From Cetorhinus maximus (Eukaryota): DNA of 64,000 bases. Made by a program: the position numbers and the translations under genes. Of the stretch, positions 1-11,846 are shown in pieces (positions within the stretch are counted from its first letter, which is position 1; each line of letters begins with the position of its first letter). The stretch spans positions 8,184,001-8,248,000 of the forward strand of contig NC_135896.1 in assembly GCF_964194155.1 (NCBI RefSeq), given 5' to 3'. The notes below the pieces were generated by a model. It worked only from the letters and a program-made list of their open reading frames with translations. It was not told where the DNA came from and did not search any database.

Positions 1-83
1 AGGGCACTGTAACAGAAACAAAACTCCAAAGGAAACTTATCTGACTAAATCAAAATGTCATTTTGTGGGGTGAGGAAGCACAC

Positions 84-176
84 CAGCCAGTCTCTCTTTA
101 TATGTGTTCTAAGTACTTAATTAAGCAATGCCCTTCCTCTGTGTATCTTAACAATATAATTAATATGCCATTAACA
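84..176 (-). mobile_element. partial short LTR, same family as the outer LTR at 52894/54980
   Basis: Reverse complement TGTTAATGG..TTAATTATA..GCATTGCTTAATTAAGTACTTAG..ATAAAGAGAGACTG aligns to 52894-52925 joined to 54802-54860. Confidence 0.7.
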
Positions 177-439
177 GGCAGCTGCTGGGAATGATTCTGC
201 AGTTACCCATTAAGCCGCCTCCTCCAGACACGTTTCTTTACTTGTCCCATTACCACCTCAGTTTTCCTTACGTCATCTCTTTTCCTCATATTCCACCCTA
301 TTGCTTTTGTTCTCCCCTTTCTCTGCCTCTGTACTTGCTTAAAACCTGTTTCATCAAAATTGGAAAAAGTTGGAGATATAATGTCAGCAACCTCATGTTA
401 ACTCTTCTTTCTCCACAAACACTGGCAGACCTGCTGAGA

Positions 440-1410
440 ATCATAGAATAGTTACAACACTGAAAGAGACTGATTCTGCTCATGATCATGCCAGCTCTCT
501 GCAAGAGCAACTCAGCTCACCCCACTCCCCTGCCTTCTCCCTTAGTCCTACAATTTTTTCCTCTTCAGATAAATATCCAATCCTCTTTTGAAAGCCACAA
601 ATAAATCTGCCTCTGCCACACTCTCAATGCATTCCAAACCCTGACCACTTGTTGCGAATAAAGGTTTTTATTCATCTCATCTTTAATTCTTTTGCTATTC
701 ACTTTCTGGTTCTAGATCCTTCAGCCAATTGGAACAGTTTCTCCTAATCTACTTTGCCTAGACCCCTCATGATTTTGAACACCTGTATCAAATCTACAGC
801 CCCAGCTTCTCCAATCGGTCCATTTAACTGAAGTTCCTCGTCACTGGAACCAATCTCATGAATCTTTTCTGCACTCTCTTTAAAGCCTTTACATCTTTCC
901 TGAAGTATGGTGTGTAGATTTGGACTCTGTACTCCAGTTGAGGCTGAACCAGTGTTTTGTAAAGGTTCATCATAACTTCCTTGCATTTGTAATCTATGCC
1001 AAAATTTATAAAGCCCACAATCCCATACGTCTTTTTAACCACATTCTCAACTTGCTCTGCCAACTTCCAATGATTTTTGCACATATACCCCAGGTCCCTC
1101 TGATCCTGCAACTCCTTTAGAATTGAACCCTTTATATTGCCTCTTCTCATTCATCTACCAAAACTTACTACTTTACACTGCATTAAATTTTATCTATCAT
1201 GTGCCACCCATTCCAACAGACTGTTTATGTCCTCTTGAAGTCTAACATTACCTTTCTTGTGGTCTATCTGTATCATCTGAAATTGTGGCCTGCATACTCA
1301 AGTCTAGGTAATTAATATATATCAAGAAAAGCAGTGGTCCTAGTTCCAATTCCTGTTGAAGCCCACTGTATGTCTTCCTCTGTTCCAAAAAGCAACCATT
1401 AACCACTACT
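440..1410 (-). mobile_element. decayed CR1 LINE 3' part (RT C-terminus and tail)
   Basis: ORF 824..1150 contains LYKTLVQPQLEYRVQ...RVQKRFMR, the CR1 RT C-terminal motif. Confidence 0.85.
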
Positions 1411-1414
1411 CCAA

Positions 1415-1800
1415 TACAAAAGCAAAGTAACGTGGGTACAGGAAACCTGCAATTAAAAATAGAAAATGCTCATCAGATCTGGCAGCATCTGTGGAGAGAG
1501 AAACAGAGTTAACGTTTCAGGTCTACAACCATTCATTGAAACTGGGTAAAGGTAGAAATGTAATAGGTTTTGAGTAGGGGAGAGGGAGCAGAGGAAAAGA
1601 ACAAAGTGAGAAAAATTTCCAGCAAAGAAGAAAACAAAGTGGGAGCAGAGGTTGCAACCTAAAATTGTTAAATTCTATGCGGGGACCAAAAGGCTGTAAA
1701 GGGTCCATTCAGACAATCAGGTGCTGCTGTTCTTCTAGTTTGCATTGAGCTTTATTGGAACGCTGCAGCAAGCCAAGGACAGAAAGGTCGAGTGGAAACA
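1415..1800 (-). mobile_element. Penelope-like element 3' remnant (ORF C-terminus plus pseudo-LTR end)
   Basis: Minus strand reads LSVLGLLQRSNKAQCKLEEQQHLIV*MDPLQPFGPRIEFNNFR, resembling the C-terminus of vertebrate PLE GIY-YIG ORFs, followed by the GAAACGTTAACTCTGTTTCTCTCTCCACAGATGCTG terminal sequence. Confidence 0.7.
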
Positions 1801-2049
1801 AGGTCACACCTGTCTGCTTTTCTAACTATGGAATCCGAAATTATGTGCTTTCCCAACCTTCCTCCTGAGCCACTTGTGGTGCCATTGACTTGGCTATGCC
1901 TGTACTCCACAGAGGAACCATGAGCCTTGCCAGTATTCAGAACTGAATATTGGTTGAAGAGTCAGATACACAAGGTACCCCTGCACGTCCTGTCTGGTTC
2001 TGTTTGACTGTCTGACGGTCAGTCACCCATTTCCACGTAGCTCTCGGCC

Positions 2050-2215
2050 TCAAATGCACCACAGTGATGTCAGCTGCTGCTCAGGCTCCAAAGCCTCAAG
2101 CTGAAGTTCAAGCTCCTCCAGCTCATGACACTTCCTGCACATGTTGTCCAGGACTCGGGAAGCGTTCTGGAGTTTCCACTTGGAACAGAATATGCATTGC
2201 ATAGTTGTAGGTGTT
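2050..2215 (-). mobile_element. CR1 ORF1 N-terminal zinc finger/leucine-zipper fragment
   Basis: MQCIFCSKWKL...MCRKCHELEELELQLEALE: CxxC..CxxC followed by heptad leucines. Confidence 0.7.
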
Positions 2216-2351
2216 TTTACATTAGGGCAGAGTAGGGAGAACACCCTGACCTGTGCTGATTGAAATGAAAAGTATTTCATTCCCCAGTGCTAACGTCCCA
2301 GACCCGGATTAGCATAAATTAAATACATGCTATTGCAGGTGATAAGACATA

Positions 2352-3613
2352 GGGTGGAATCATGCAGTCCTGTTGGTGGGAGGGGGGAGCATCATGTCGG
2401 GCGTGAGCAGGCAATATAGCAAGAAGACCAAAAATCAATTTTATGCCGTTGTGAAACCAATTTGCGATCGTCCGCTCCACCTGTCAATGGCAGGCCGCAT
2501 TTCCAACCGTCACACATCAGGAACCTAATTTCAATACTTTGGCATCTCATTATAAGCCCTGCTTGCCAGAATCATCCCTCCCATGCTGGATCACCTGGGA
2601 TTCAGCCAATGTGTTTCACAACTGTACATAAACAACGTGCACCTGATGAGCTGCCCTTTGCTTGGAACTTCGAGGTTTGTTTGCCTATCTTGCTTCGGGC
2701 AGCACACACAGTCTTCAGAGCCAGGTTTCACAGGCATTACCTCATTTTTGTTTGGGGGGGGCGGTTGCAGTTTGTGGGCAAGTCTCTACCTACCAGACCA
2801 GCTGTAAGGTGGGGGTGTCCTTTCAATGGCTGCAGGGCCAGGACTTGCTTGGGGAAGGGAGAGAAGTGGCCTCAGGCAAGGGAAAAGACTGCAGGGTGAG
2901 GACTGCACTGGGGAAGAGGGGTATCTCAGTGTGTGTGTGGGGCACAAGTTGATCTGTGCAAGTGGCCTTAAGATAGGACTGAGGAGGCAGTCTCCAGAGG
3001 AGATGAGGCCAGATGGATACCTGAGGGTGTGTGTGAGAGACAGAGTGTGGTGATGTCTCTTGAGCTGGCAGTGAGTGAGATGCTAGTGAATGTGTGATGG
3101 CCTTGTGAGTGTGTGAGTTTAGAGTGATGAGATGGTTGCCTTACCCTGGTGGCACGGATGAGATCATCCTCTTTCTGCACTGGATGGCAAACATCTGTGC
3201 AGCATTGGCACTGATCACCGCTGCCGCTGCCTCCTAAGCCGGAGTGGTGAGATTGCTGGACCTCCTATGGCCCGAGAGGGGGCGGAGGACATCATGGTGG
3301 ATCTCCAAAAGGCATTCCAGTGACGGGTCACTGAACTCTTTCAGGACCATGTCTTCACTGGAGCAGTTCTAAGCTGTAAGCATTGCGAACCTTGTTGCGG
3401 CTGCAGTTTAGATATGGCACCTGGAGTGAGGTAATGGTGTAGCAGGCGGGTCAGAGGCTGCCCTGCCAGCAAGATGTCGCGTTTCCTGTGGCTGTATAAT
3501 TAATGATGTGGGAAGTGGATATGGCATGAAAAGCTGCCATTGCAGCTGGTGGGTAAAATGTCGTTTTTCACGCCTGCTACCGCACTTAGTGCAAATCTGG
3601 GACGATTCTGCCC
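2352..3613 (-). mobile_element. PIF/Harbinger-type DNA transposon derivative carrying a broken Myb/SANT-like exon (3145-3350)
   Basis: Imperfect TIRs GGGTGGAATC / GATTCTGCCC; minus strand gives MVLKEFSDPSLECLL...TPA*EAAAAVISANAAQMFAIQCRKRM-(frameshift)-DLIRATR|gtaagg. Confidence 0.7.
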
Positions 3614-3735
3614 ATTGTCGCAATATGTTTGGAAGTACAGTTATCAGTACAGTCTGTATGTGTGAAAAAAGAAAAATCTAGGCTGCTGTAAAATGGCAAC
3701 AACATCACCTCTTATAAAAACTAAGCATTTCAGGG

Positions 3736-3949
3736 GCACAAAAGCAGAATACTGCAGATGCTGTAAATCTGAAATAGAATGAGAAAATGCTAGAAATACT
3801 CAGTAGGTCCTCTGATCAGAGGAACTGAGCTAATGTTTCAGATCAGTGACCTTTCATGAGCTCCAAGGTCATTGACCTGAAACGTTAACTCTTTCCTTCC
3901 CCACAGTTGCTGCCAGACCTGAGTATTTCCAGCATTTTCTCTTTTTATT
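3736..3949. mobile_element. palindromic Penelope-derived short insertion
   Basis: Inverted arms of the PLE terminal sequence; flanking direct repeat TAAG(C/T)ATTTCAGGG at 3722-3735 and 3950-3963. Confidence 0.75.
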
Positions 3950-4529
3950 TAAGTATTTCAGGGAATTCAGGGCTAAAGTGATCTGGACCAGTATTGATTG
4001 CTGGAGAAGATTTTTCCTCCCCAAACTGTCCTTGGATTGTTTTGCTTCTCCCAGGAGATAACATTGTTTTTGGGTGGAATGGGGAGTGTATATATTGTAA
4101 TAAGGTATCTCAATTGTATGGGGCAGATTGGATAGACCAGAGGGTCCTTTACTTGCCAGTCATTTCTCATTGGTTATCTGAACAATTTCCCATCTGGATA
4201 TTTATTGTATTGGTCAGTGTGGTTATTGTTTTAGCCAGTTGCAATACTGACTTACTGTCGCTAGATGGGACCAGCACATCAAGTTCTGCACCAACTTGCA
4301 TGCTGAAAATTTGTTATAAAACGCTGGTATATTTGCCAAAACTTTTTGTCAGGTGAGTTGGTGCACGTAACGACATGTTACAAGCTAGGGAAAATACTTG
4401 TTGCTTGGCAGACGAGACTAGTAAATGCTGAGCTATCTGAGATGATTGCATTGAATGTAACTGAAGTGTTAGTTGCATTCCTGGCTTAGGATGGATAAAA
4501 TGGTTCATTACACAATCCACAGCCTATTT

Positions 4530-5095
4530 CAAAGAACAAAGTAAAGTACAGCACAGGAACAGTCCCTTTGGCCCTCCAAGCCTGCGCCGATCATATTGCC
4601 CGTCAACTAAAACATTTTGCACTTCCAGGGTCCGTATCCCTCTATTCCCATCCTATTCATGTATTTGTCAAGCTGCCTCTTAAACACCACTATCGTACCT
4701 GCTTCCACCACCACCTCTGGCAGCAAATTCCAGACACTCACTACCCTCTGTGTAAAAAAAACTTGCCCCGCACACCTCTATAGTTTTCTCCTCTCACCTT
4801 AAATCTATGTCCCCATGTAATTGACTCTTCCACCCTGGGAAAAAGCTTCTGACTATCTACTCTGTCCATGCCACTCATAATTTTGTAAACTTCTATCAAG
4901 TCGCCCCTCAATCTCCGTCGCTCTAGTGAGAACAATCCGAGTTTCTCCAGCCTCTCCTCATAGCTAATAACCTCCAGACCAGGCAGCATCCTGGTAAACC
5001 TCCTCTGCACCCTCTCCAACGCCTCCATATCCTTCTGGTAATGTGGCGACCAGAATTGCACGCAATATTCCAAGTGTGGCCTAACCAAGGTTCTA
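4530..5095 (-). mobile_element. 5'-truncated CR1 LINE
   Basis: ORF 4741..5088 [15 protein letters not shown]...RRLRGDLIEVYKI. Confidence 0.93.
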
Positions 5096-7643
5096 TTCTT
5101 TAGGTCTTTTTTAATAGTTTAATAAAGATATTACCCTTCCCACTCCCTGGGTTTCTGCCTCCTTTCCTGCTGATGTTTATTCTGGTGAGGTATAATTCCT
5201 TGCTCACACTCTTCTGTTATCTCTCCTGGTGACCATTCTCCATACTAAACCTGGGTGTCTGCTGGCTGGCTATTTGACTGTGCAAGGCAGTATGGCAAAG
5301 GGGGATCCTGTACACCAATAAACTCCTTTCAGCAGGGTTTACTGGATTGCAATCATTAGAAATCCTTGCAACCCCAGGATTGCTGAGGCCAATTGTAGCA
5401 CATCCAACGTTTTTGAAATCTGCAAGTTCAGCACGAATCGCAGAACTTCCTGATCTGTATAACTCAGTTATACGCTGTGCAATGAGCCATTGTAGGTGTC
5501 GAGGAGATCTGTCTTAATAGGTGCAGGGAAACAGCAGCGAAGAAAGTGAGTCGTAAGAAAGAGTTCAGGATAATTAAATAAAGCAAAAGAATAGGAGAAA
5601 GGCAGGTTGTAGTTAACAGAAAGAAGCTGGAGTGTTAACAGGAGAGCTGGTTAAAAATGTTATATGGTGTTAAATAGATATTAAATGAATTCTTCACGGA
5701 TGAAGGCAGTAGACAATAGCCTAGATGCAATCAAATTAACTTAAGATATGTGGAGGTTAGTACAATCTTTTGCAAAGGAGATTTCAGTCATTTAAATAGC
5801 AGCAGAGCTCATATCACAAAATATGCTCCTGTAACTCTTAAGGAAATGGCAATGGAGTTAGTTAATCCAGGAGCTACATTTGAGGTCCTAAGGATGGCAC
5901 ATATTATTCTGATATTTAGCAGAGGAATGACATGGGGTATTTCCCAGCTCTGAGGGGGAAAATAAACTACCTTATGAGATACAATCGATGTTCATCTAAT
6001 TGCATGGCAAGTCAAATTTAACACTGATAAATATTGCACTTAGATTGTAAAATTGTAGGGCAGAAAGTATAGGATGAATGAAATCCATTTAGCACAAAGA
6101 CACCTGAGAATAATATTAAAAATGTCACTTTCAATGTCTAGTCAATATATCAAAGCAATTAAAACAAACAGAATCCAGTCACTCAAAACCAGGATCATAG
6201 AGTAGAAGTTTTACTTGTCATACCACATTGGGAGTACTGGGTTTAATTTGCTCACTCTCCCCTTTCCTCCTCCAACCTCACCAAATCCTTGACCATTCAA
6301 GGACCTCAGGCCCTCATGTTAACGTAGCTGCTATACTCTTTCTTCTCAAAATAACTTTCTTTCCCCCTGTCCTCATTAAAAACTATCCTTGCCCTATCTG
6401 TATTTTCTGTTTACCACTGCATGTCTAACCTCCTTCCCTTCTCAACATCCACAAATGCATTGTCGCCTCTCAGCTCCAAGCTCATCTTCATTTCAGATTC
6501 CTTGTTTCAATCTCTCCAGTGCACCTGCTGCCCTTTGAGCCATCCTTGGTGACTGGTAAATTATTCCTCCTTGTCCACCCTTCAATAGTAGATATGGTAG
6601 GCCACAACATCCTGACAAATTATAGTTGAAGCACAGCTTCTTTCAACTGAACGTTGGGAAAACTGAAGCCATTGTTATAAACTCCACTCCCTTGCTGCAG
6701 ACAGTTCATCCCCCTCCTCGGCCATTTGCAAATACAGTGATCCTGATGGGGATTGGTCCCTTGTCTCTAGACTCTAGAAAACGGCGGAAACTGTAAATTC
6801 AGAGCAACCCAGAGCTGTTTCAGAGTTGTGGGACCTTGAGGAAACTACCTTAATTGCTGAGAAAATACATCCTCAGTCACAGATCAATCTTGGCAAATCT
6901 CAGCTAGGATGTTGGAAGTATATATTTGGTTTCAGTATTCCTGGGCTAGGGAAGGGATAAAAGAGCCGGGCTTTCTGCTCCAATCTATTGTGGATGTAGT
7001 GCTATCTAGTAAGCCCTGCTGGAAAATGAGAGCATGTGTTGTCATTGGCTGTGAATAAGTTTGGGTCCAGTTCCAAGTGATCAAATGACCTTTTGGCACC
7101 CAGAGTCCAGCCTCCTATTATGAACTCTCACTTGAGGGATGTAGTGAAGGGTAGAGAGCAAATGGAACCATACACCTGCACCTTCAGGAGGGGAGAGAAA
7201 GCTGTTCTTGGTGGAACCAAACCAGTGAAGAAAGCCAACGTATATACCATGTCCTGCTAAAAGCACTCACTTTGTGGGTTCGGAATAATAGTGCAATTAA
7301 GAGGTTGATCACAGGAAGGGTATTTTTGCACTTAAGTTTAAAGCTAGTAGTATGAGGCAGTGACTTTCAAAGGGCCCTAGGAAGATGATGGATGAGGCCT
7401 ATGTTCCTTTGCTCCTAAAACAGGGAACCTACCCAAGATTATTCACCTGCATTGTAATTCACTCCTACTGGACTGTTATACAAACAGGTATCTTTTTAAA
7501 AAAAAACCTTATGTTAAGGAACAGCTTTCAATGGAAATAGCTAACTAATAATAAACTAAGACTAAAAGTGGGGTAATTTATTTTAGTTCTCACTTTTTAA
7601 ACTTCTAATTTTCTTTTTCTTTAATTTTTCCTTATTTCTCTAG

Positions 7644-7745
7644 CCTAAACTCTACAGATCAGTGATTGAAGATGTAATCAATGATGTACGAGAACAGTTC
7701 CTCGATGATGGAGTGGATGAACAAGTTCTTATAGAATTAAAAACG
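7644..7745 (+). CDS. GTF2A1: TFIIA alpha/beta precursor, coding exon 2 (first exon in window)
   Basis: tag|CCT...ACG|gt, 102 nt; translates PKLYRSVIEDVINDVREQFLDDGVDEQVLIELKT, the conserved TFIIA-alpha N-terminal helices. Confidence 0.97.
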
Positions 7746-8315
7746 GTACTTTTTTTAACCCAATCCTAATTTTCAAGCAAAAACTATGTAGACAAATGAA
7801 TATGCAATGAATGTTTACATTGAGTCACAGCTTACATTCTAATGATGATCTGTTCTCACAGCTTGGCAGCACCGTGTGTTGACATGTTAGGTGTTGGCTA
7901 ACAAAACACCCACCACCAGAATCCTAACACATGAAATTGATTCTCTATATTTTGACTTCTGTTTGGAGGTTATTTATTTTATGGTAACAAATTACTACTG
8001 CAAAGCAATTTAAATTCTTTTTTGGCAATTCAAAGTGAATGCTAGAATGCACCATTTATTCCATCGACAGTGCAATTTTCCTGTAATTACCAAATTAATT
8101 TCAGCAGTTATTTTAACATTATAAAATGTTTCAAAAGACATTCTTTTGAAATTATTTTGCTAAAATATACTTTAGGTTCTCTATTATTTCCCAGATTTAA
8201 AGCACTAAAAATGTCAGCAGTCACTTCTAATGTATCGTAATCACAAGGCTTGCATAATTTGATTTGTTTAGTGGCACCATTGTAGTTCCAGTGAGGACTG
8301 TAAATACATCTATTG

Positions 8316-8523
8316 GGGAAGAATTTTCCCCCCGTTGGGGGGGAAGGCGCAGGAGCGGGCACAGGCGGGCATGCCTCCGATGGGCACCCCTGATTGAGGG
8401 CGTGCTACGTGGGCGGGCCAATTAAGGCCCACTCAGCATGACATCCGCCAAGAAGCGCTATGTGCTCCCTCTGCGGGTTTCCCTCAGCCCTGCCCCCCAC
8501 TTGCTGACCTAAAAACCCTGGCC
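8316..8523. mobile_element. Harbinger-type MITE (degenerate)
   Basis: GC-rich island in an AT-rich intron, ends GGGAAGAATTTT / AAAAACCCTGGCC. Confidence 0.55.
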
Positions 8524-9132
8524 GTTATGTAATCAAATCTCGGCTTCAATTTGTTCTTCTCAACTTAAATGCCCATGTGAAGCATTGGATCTTTCCATCA
8601 AAATGAGTGTGAATGATGCATTAAAAAAAAACTCTTGCAATTCAGGAAGATCTAAAATTAAATTTCTGTATCCTGGTCTGTTAGTATGCACTGGCTCACT
8701 GATATTACATAATGGTTTACAATGCTTTTCTTTCCAAGCTGAGCTGTAATTTTATAAAGCAAGTGTGGGTTTCATTATTAAGCATCTACCCCCTCATCTC
8801 CATGGAAGGAGCCAATGGTCATTTTCCACAAGTGCCCCCAAGCTTTGGGGAAACTAGAGATCTGCCTGCATTATCTGACTGTATATTTTCTTTTCAGTTT
8901 TCCCTTTATAATTTGCTGTTGCTATTCATGTGCAAGAAAAAATTTTTGTTTCTGATTTTCATCAGAATTTGGCCTTTTGCACTGATGTTTCAGCTATGTT
9001 TTTGGGTGGGATTGTTAAACTGGCCTTATGTAAGGCAGCTTTTCTGTGTCAAATTCTTTGAAGTAGGATCTCTGAGCCAAGCCCCTCACGTTTAAATTAA
9101 AGTTAGATTTTCTTTTTCTTCTGAATTGTCAG

Positions 9133-9210
9133 CTGTGGGAGAACAAACTAATGCAGTCAAAAGCTGTCGATGGTTTCCACTCAGAGGAGCAACAGATTTT
9201 AATTCAGGCG

Positions 9211-9242
<32 letters not shown>

Positions 9243-9258
9243 GCAGCAGCAGCACCAC

Positions 9259-9289
<31 letters not shown>

Positions 9290-9349
9290 ATCAGCACCAG
9301 GCTCAGCAGCAACAGACACAACAAGTGCTCACCATCCCTGCTAATTCAG
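9133..9349 (+). CDS. GTF2A1: GTF2A1 exon 3 (Q/H-rich)
   Basis: cag|CTG...TCAG|gttagt, 217 nt, ends phase 1; LWENKLMQSKAVDGFHSEEQQILIQA followed by polyQ and QTQQVLTIPANS. Confidence 0.96.
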
Positions 9350-9516
9350 GTTAGTGTTACCTTTTAGAAACTGCCTTTCAGTTAGGGAGATTACAAACTG
9401 AGCTTGTGGGGATACAGCAGAGTGCATAAATATGGAGTGGGCATGATGTGAATTGTATGAGGGACATGGGTTCACTCACCCGTTTTCTCCTTCGTTTTAC
9501 TTGAGCTACACCTATA

Positions 9517-9660
9517 TCAGCCGCAGCTCAGGTGTAGCTCTCACCTTTGAGTCAGAAGGTTGTGAGTTCAAGCCCTACTCCAGAGACCTGAACAAATAAT
9601 CCAGGCAGGTGACTTCAGTGCAGCACAGAGAGTGATGCACTGTTGGAGGTGCCACTTTCT
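9517..9660 (+). mobile_element. tRNA-derived SINE head
   Basis: B-box-like GAGTTCAAGCCC followed by the body shared with other SINE copies in the window. Confidence 0.7.
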
Positions 9661-10175
9661 TGCTTGCTTTCTTTAGGATACCAGATATTGTAAAATTTTG
9701 TGATTACTAATAGGTTGTAATTCATATTTTTTTGAAGTTAGTATTACATTTCTTTCTGTGGCACTTGTGACTATTGAGCTGTGGGGTTAATGTGTCAGGG
9801 TAACCACAGAGGTGATGACCCATCCGCACCAGGCCCATAGACCGATGTTATTATCTAACCTAAGGAGGATGGGAGGGAAATAAACGTAAAAAGACCTGAG
9901 GAAGCAAAACACTCCGAAGACACCTTCTGTTTTATTTTTTGAGTAATTATTCCTTAAACAGTTCTGGGGAGGATGGGGGAAGGCAACCTCTTAAAACAAC
10001 TGTTTTTGAGGAAAACCTCTTTGTTGACACTGCTGATATGGTATATGAAAAATTTAAAGCATGAAAACCATAAGTTTAACCTTCTTGTCGCTGAGTTAAT
10101 ATGTTCAAAAAACTAATTACAGTATTTCACTTTGCTTAATTTATCCCATAGTTTTCTCATCTTCTCATAAATCAG

Positions 10176-10234
10176 GACCGCAAGTTATTATGCAAGATGG
10201 GAAGCTAATACAGCATATGAATCCAACTGGCATG
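10176..10234 (+). CDS. GTF2A1: GTF2A1 exon 4 (alternative in-frame acceptor would start at 10152)
   Basis: GPQVIMQDGKLIQHMNPTGM|gtaagg, similar to mammalian APQVIVPDSKLIQHMNASNM; phase fits both flanking exons; which acceptor is used is uncertain. Confidence 0.88.
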
Positions 10235-10244
10235 GTAAGGGTAT

Positions 10245-10246
<2 letters not shown>

Positions 10247-10276
<30 letters not shown>
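10247..10276 (+). repeat. (AC)15 microsatellite
   Basis: Read directly; starts 12 nt after the exon 4 donor. Confidence 0.97.
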
Positions 10277-10282
<6 letters not shown>

Positions 10283-10438
10283 TATATACATATTCCTGTT
10301 TCTTGCCAATTTTCTTCCATCCTCTGAATTTTGCTGGGGTACGTTTCTGCAGGGCAGGTACTGGCCACTCAACTGGTCATTATTCACATGGACCTCAACA
10401 GTAAGCATTGTCAGGCTATTTTGCAGCCCATCAGTTTA

Positions 10439-10662
10439 ATAATTAATAAAAACAGAAAATGCTGGAAAAACTCAGCAGGTCTGGCAGCATCTGTGGAGAG
10501 AGAAACAGAGTTAATGTTTCAGGTCCACATGACTGTGAAAAGCCGTATGGACTTGAAACGTAAATTCCATTTCTCTCTCCACAAGTGCTGCAAGACCTGA
10601 GTTTTTCCAGCATTTTCTGTTTTTATTTCAGATTTCCAGCATCTGCAGTATTTTGCTTTTAT
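10439..10662. mobile_element. palindromic Penelope-derived short insertion
   Basis: Inverted arms AAAAACAGAAAATGCTGGAAAAACTCAG.../...CTGAGTTTTTCCAGCATTTTCTGTTTTT; TSD GCCCATCAGTTTA at 10426-10438 and 10663-10675. Confidence 0.8.
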
Positions 10663-11755
10663 GCCCATCAGTTTATCCCTGTGGCTGCTTTAGGTTGTGT
10701 TTGTATTGTAATGCCAAGCTGCTGTCAGTTTCATAAACCTCTTCCTGTTTGCACTTCAGGATATTCTGTACTCCATGCTGCGTTATAATTACTGCCAGGA
10801 GAGGGCAATTGACCCTAGTTATCCATGTGTGCTGTTGTATTAGCTTTTGAATGTAAAAAGCTCATCAGTTGGCTAATTTGTTTCTGGTTTTCCAGTTTAT
10901 TTGAGGGAGCAATTAACTTATTAATGATCTGTCTCAGACATCAGCTGATTTTATTCCCTCCCTCCCCTTTTAGACCTCCATCCTATTCTACAATTTAAGA
11001 GTGTGGGCTGGTGACTTGTTCCAGAACTGCTGCTGGTCCTGCTCACCAACCATCTTCTAGGAGATGTGCAAGAGCAGGGTTTGCTCTGCCTCAAATCTTC
11101 CTCTGTCTTGGGAGACATTCCCTTTTGTTTGATAGTGGGTTTGAACCCTGTAGGGCTTGTTCTCTGCAGTTTCAGAATGCCCTGGGGTACTATTTCATAT
11201 CACATTGTTCTGTTATTTAGTTCTGAAAAATTACAATGTTTTATTGTTGATATGGAGGTTGGAAGGAGAAAAGGTATAGGTTCTAGAATTCATTTGTGTA
11301 GTGAGTGGCTTGGTTCTTATTAGAAATGCAAAAGCTCATCAGTTGCATCTTAAGCTTCATAATGATAAAAGATGCAATTCATGTTTTCTGCTTTGTACTT
11401 GTGCTTTATAACTCAACAAAAAAGATCAGTAGACTTTTTCTTCAAGTCTAATATCCTGTCACAAGTAATTCACATGACATCAGGTATTGCAATCCTTATA
11501 TAAATATCCTCTTGCCATGAAAAAAGCCTTCTAACCTCTCCCTTACTATCTCTAGTATTAATCCTTAAAAAAATGTTGCTTCCCTTCACAAAACTGAATG
11601 TGGCTCCACTACACTTTACAAGCGTGCATGTCATCACATTACTCTGCGACTGAATTGAAAGGTGATCCTTGTGTTTGTACCTAAGGGCTGAATAAATCTT
11701 TTCATTGTGATTGCTTTTCATCAGTCAAATAAAATTCTTTCTATTTATTTTGCAG

Positions 11756-11846
11756 AGCGCAGCTGCCACTGCAGCAACTCTGGCATTACCAGCAGGTGTT
11801 CCTGCTCCCTACCAGCTTTCGAATGGACCAATACTAACGAATACAG
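11756..11846 (+). CDS. GTF2A1: GTF2A1 exon 5
   Basis: tgcag|AGC...ACAG|gtaaaa, 91 nt; SAAATAATLALPAGVPAPYQLSNGPILTNT, containing the TFIIA SAAATAATLALP motif. Confidence 0.95.

Noticed and set aside
2643-2680. Other CTGATGA sites as hammerheads (also ~33257 and ~38074)
   Set aside because: No correctly placed GAAA box or stems
5130-7090. Functional ncRNAs at ~5130-5490 and ~6860-7090
   Set aside because: They look like two decayed, oppositely oriented copies of an old interspersed repeat; the family could not be assigned by eye
1-7643. GTF2A1 first exon and promoter
   Set aside because: No CpG island or MANS-like exon found; it probably lies upstream of the window
9092-9344. Poly-alanine ORFs
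   Set aside because: Alternative frames and the antisense strand of the exon 3 CAG tract
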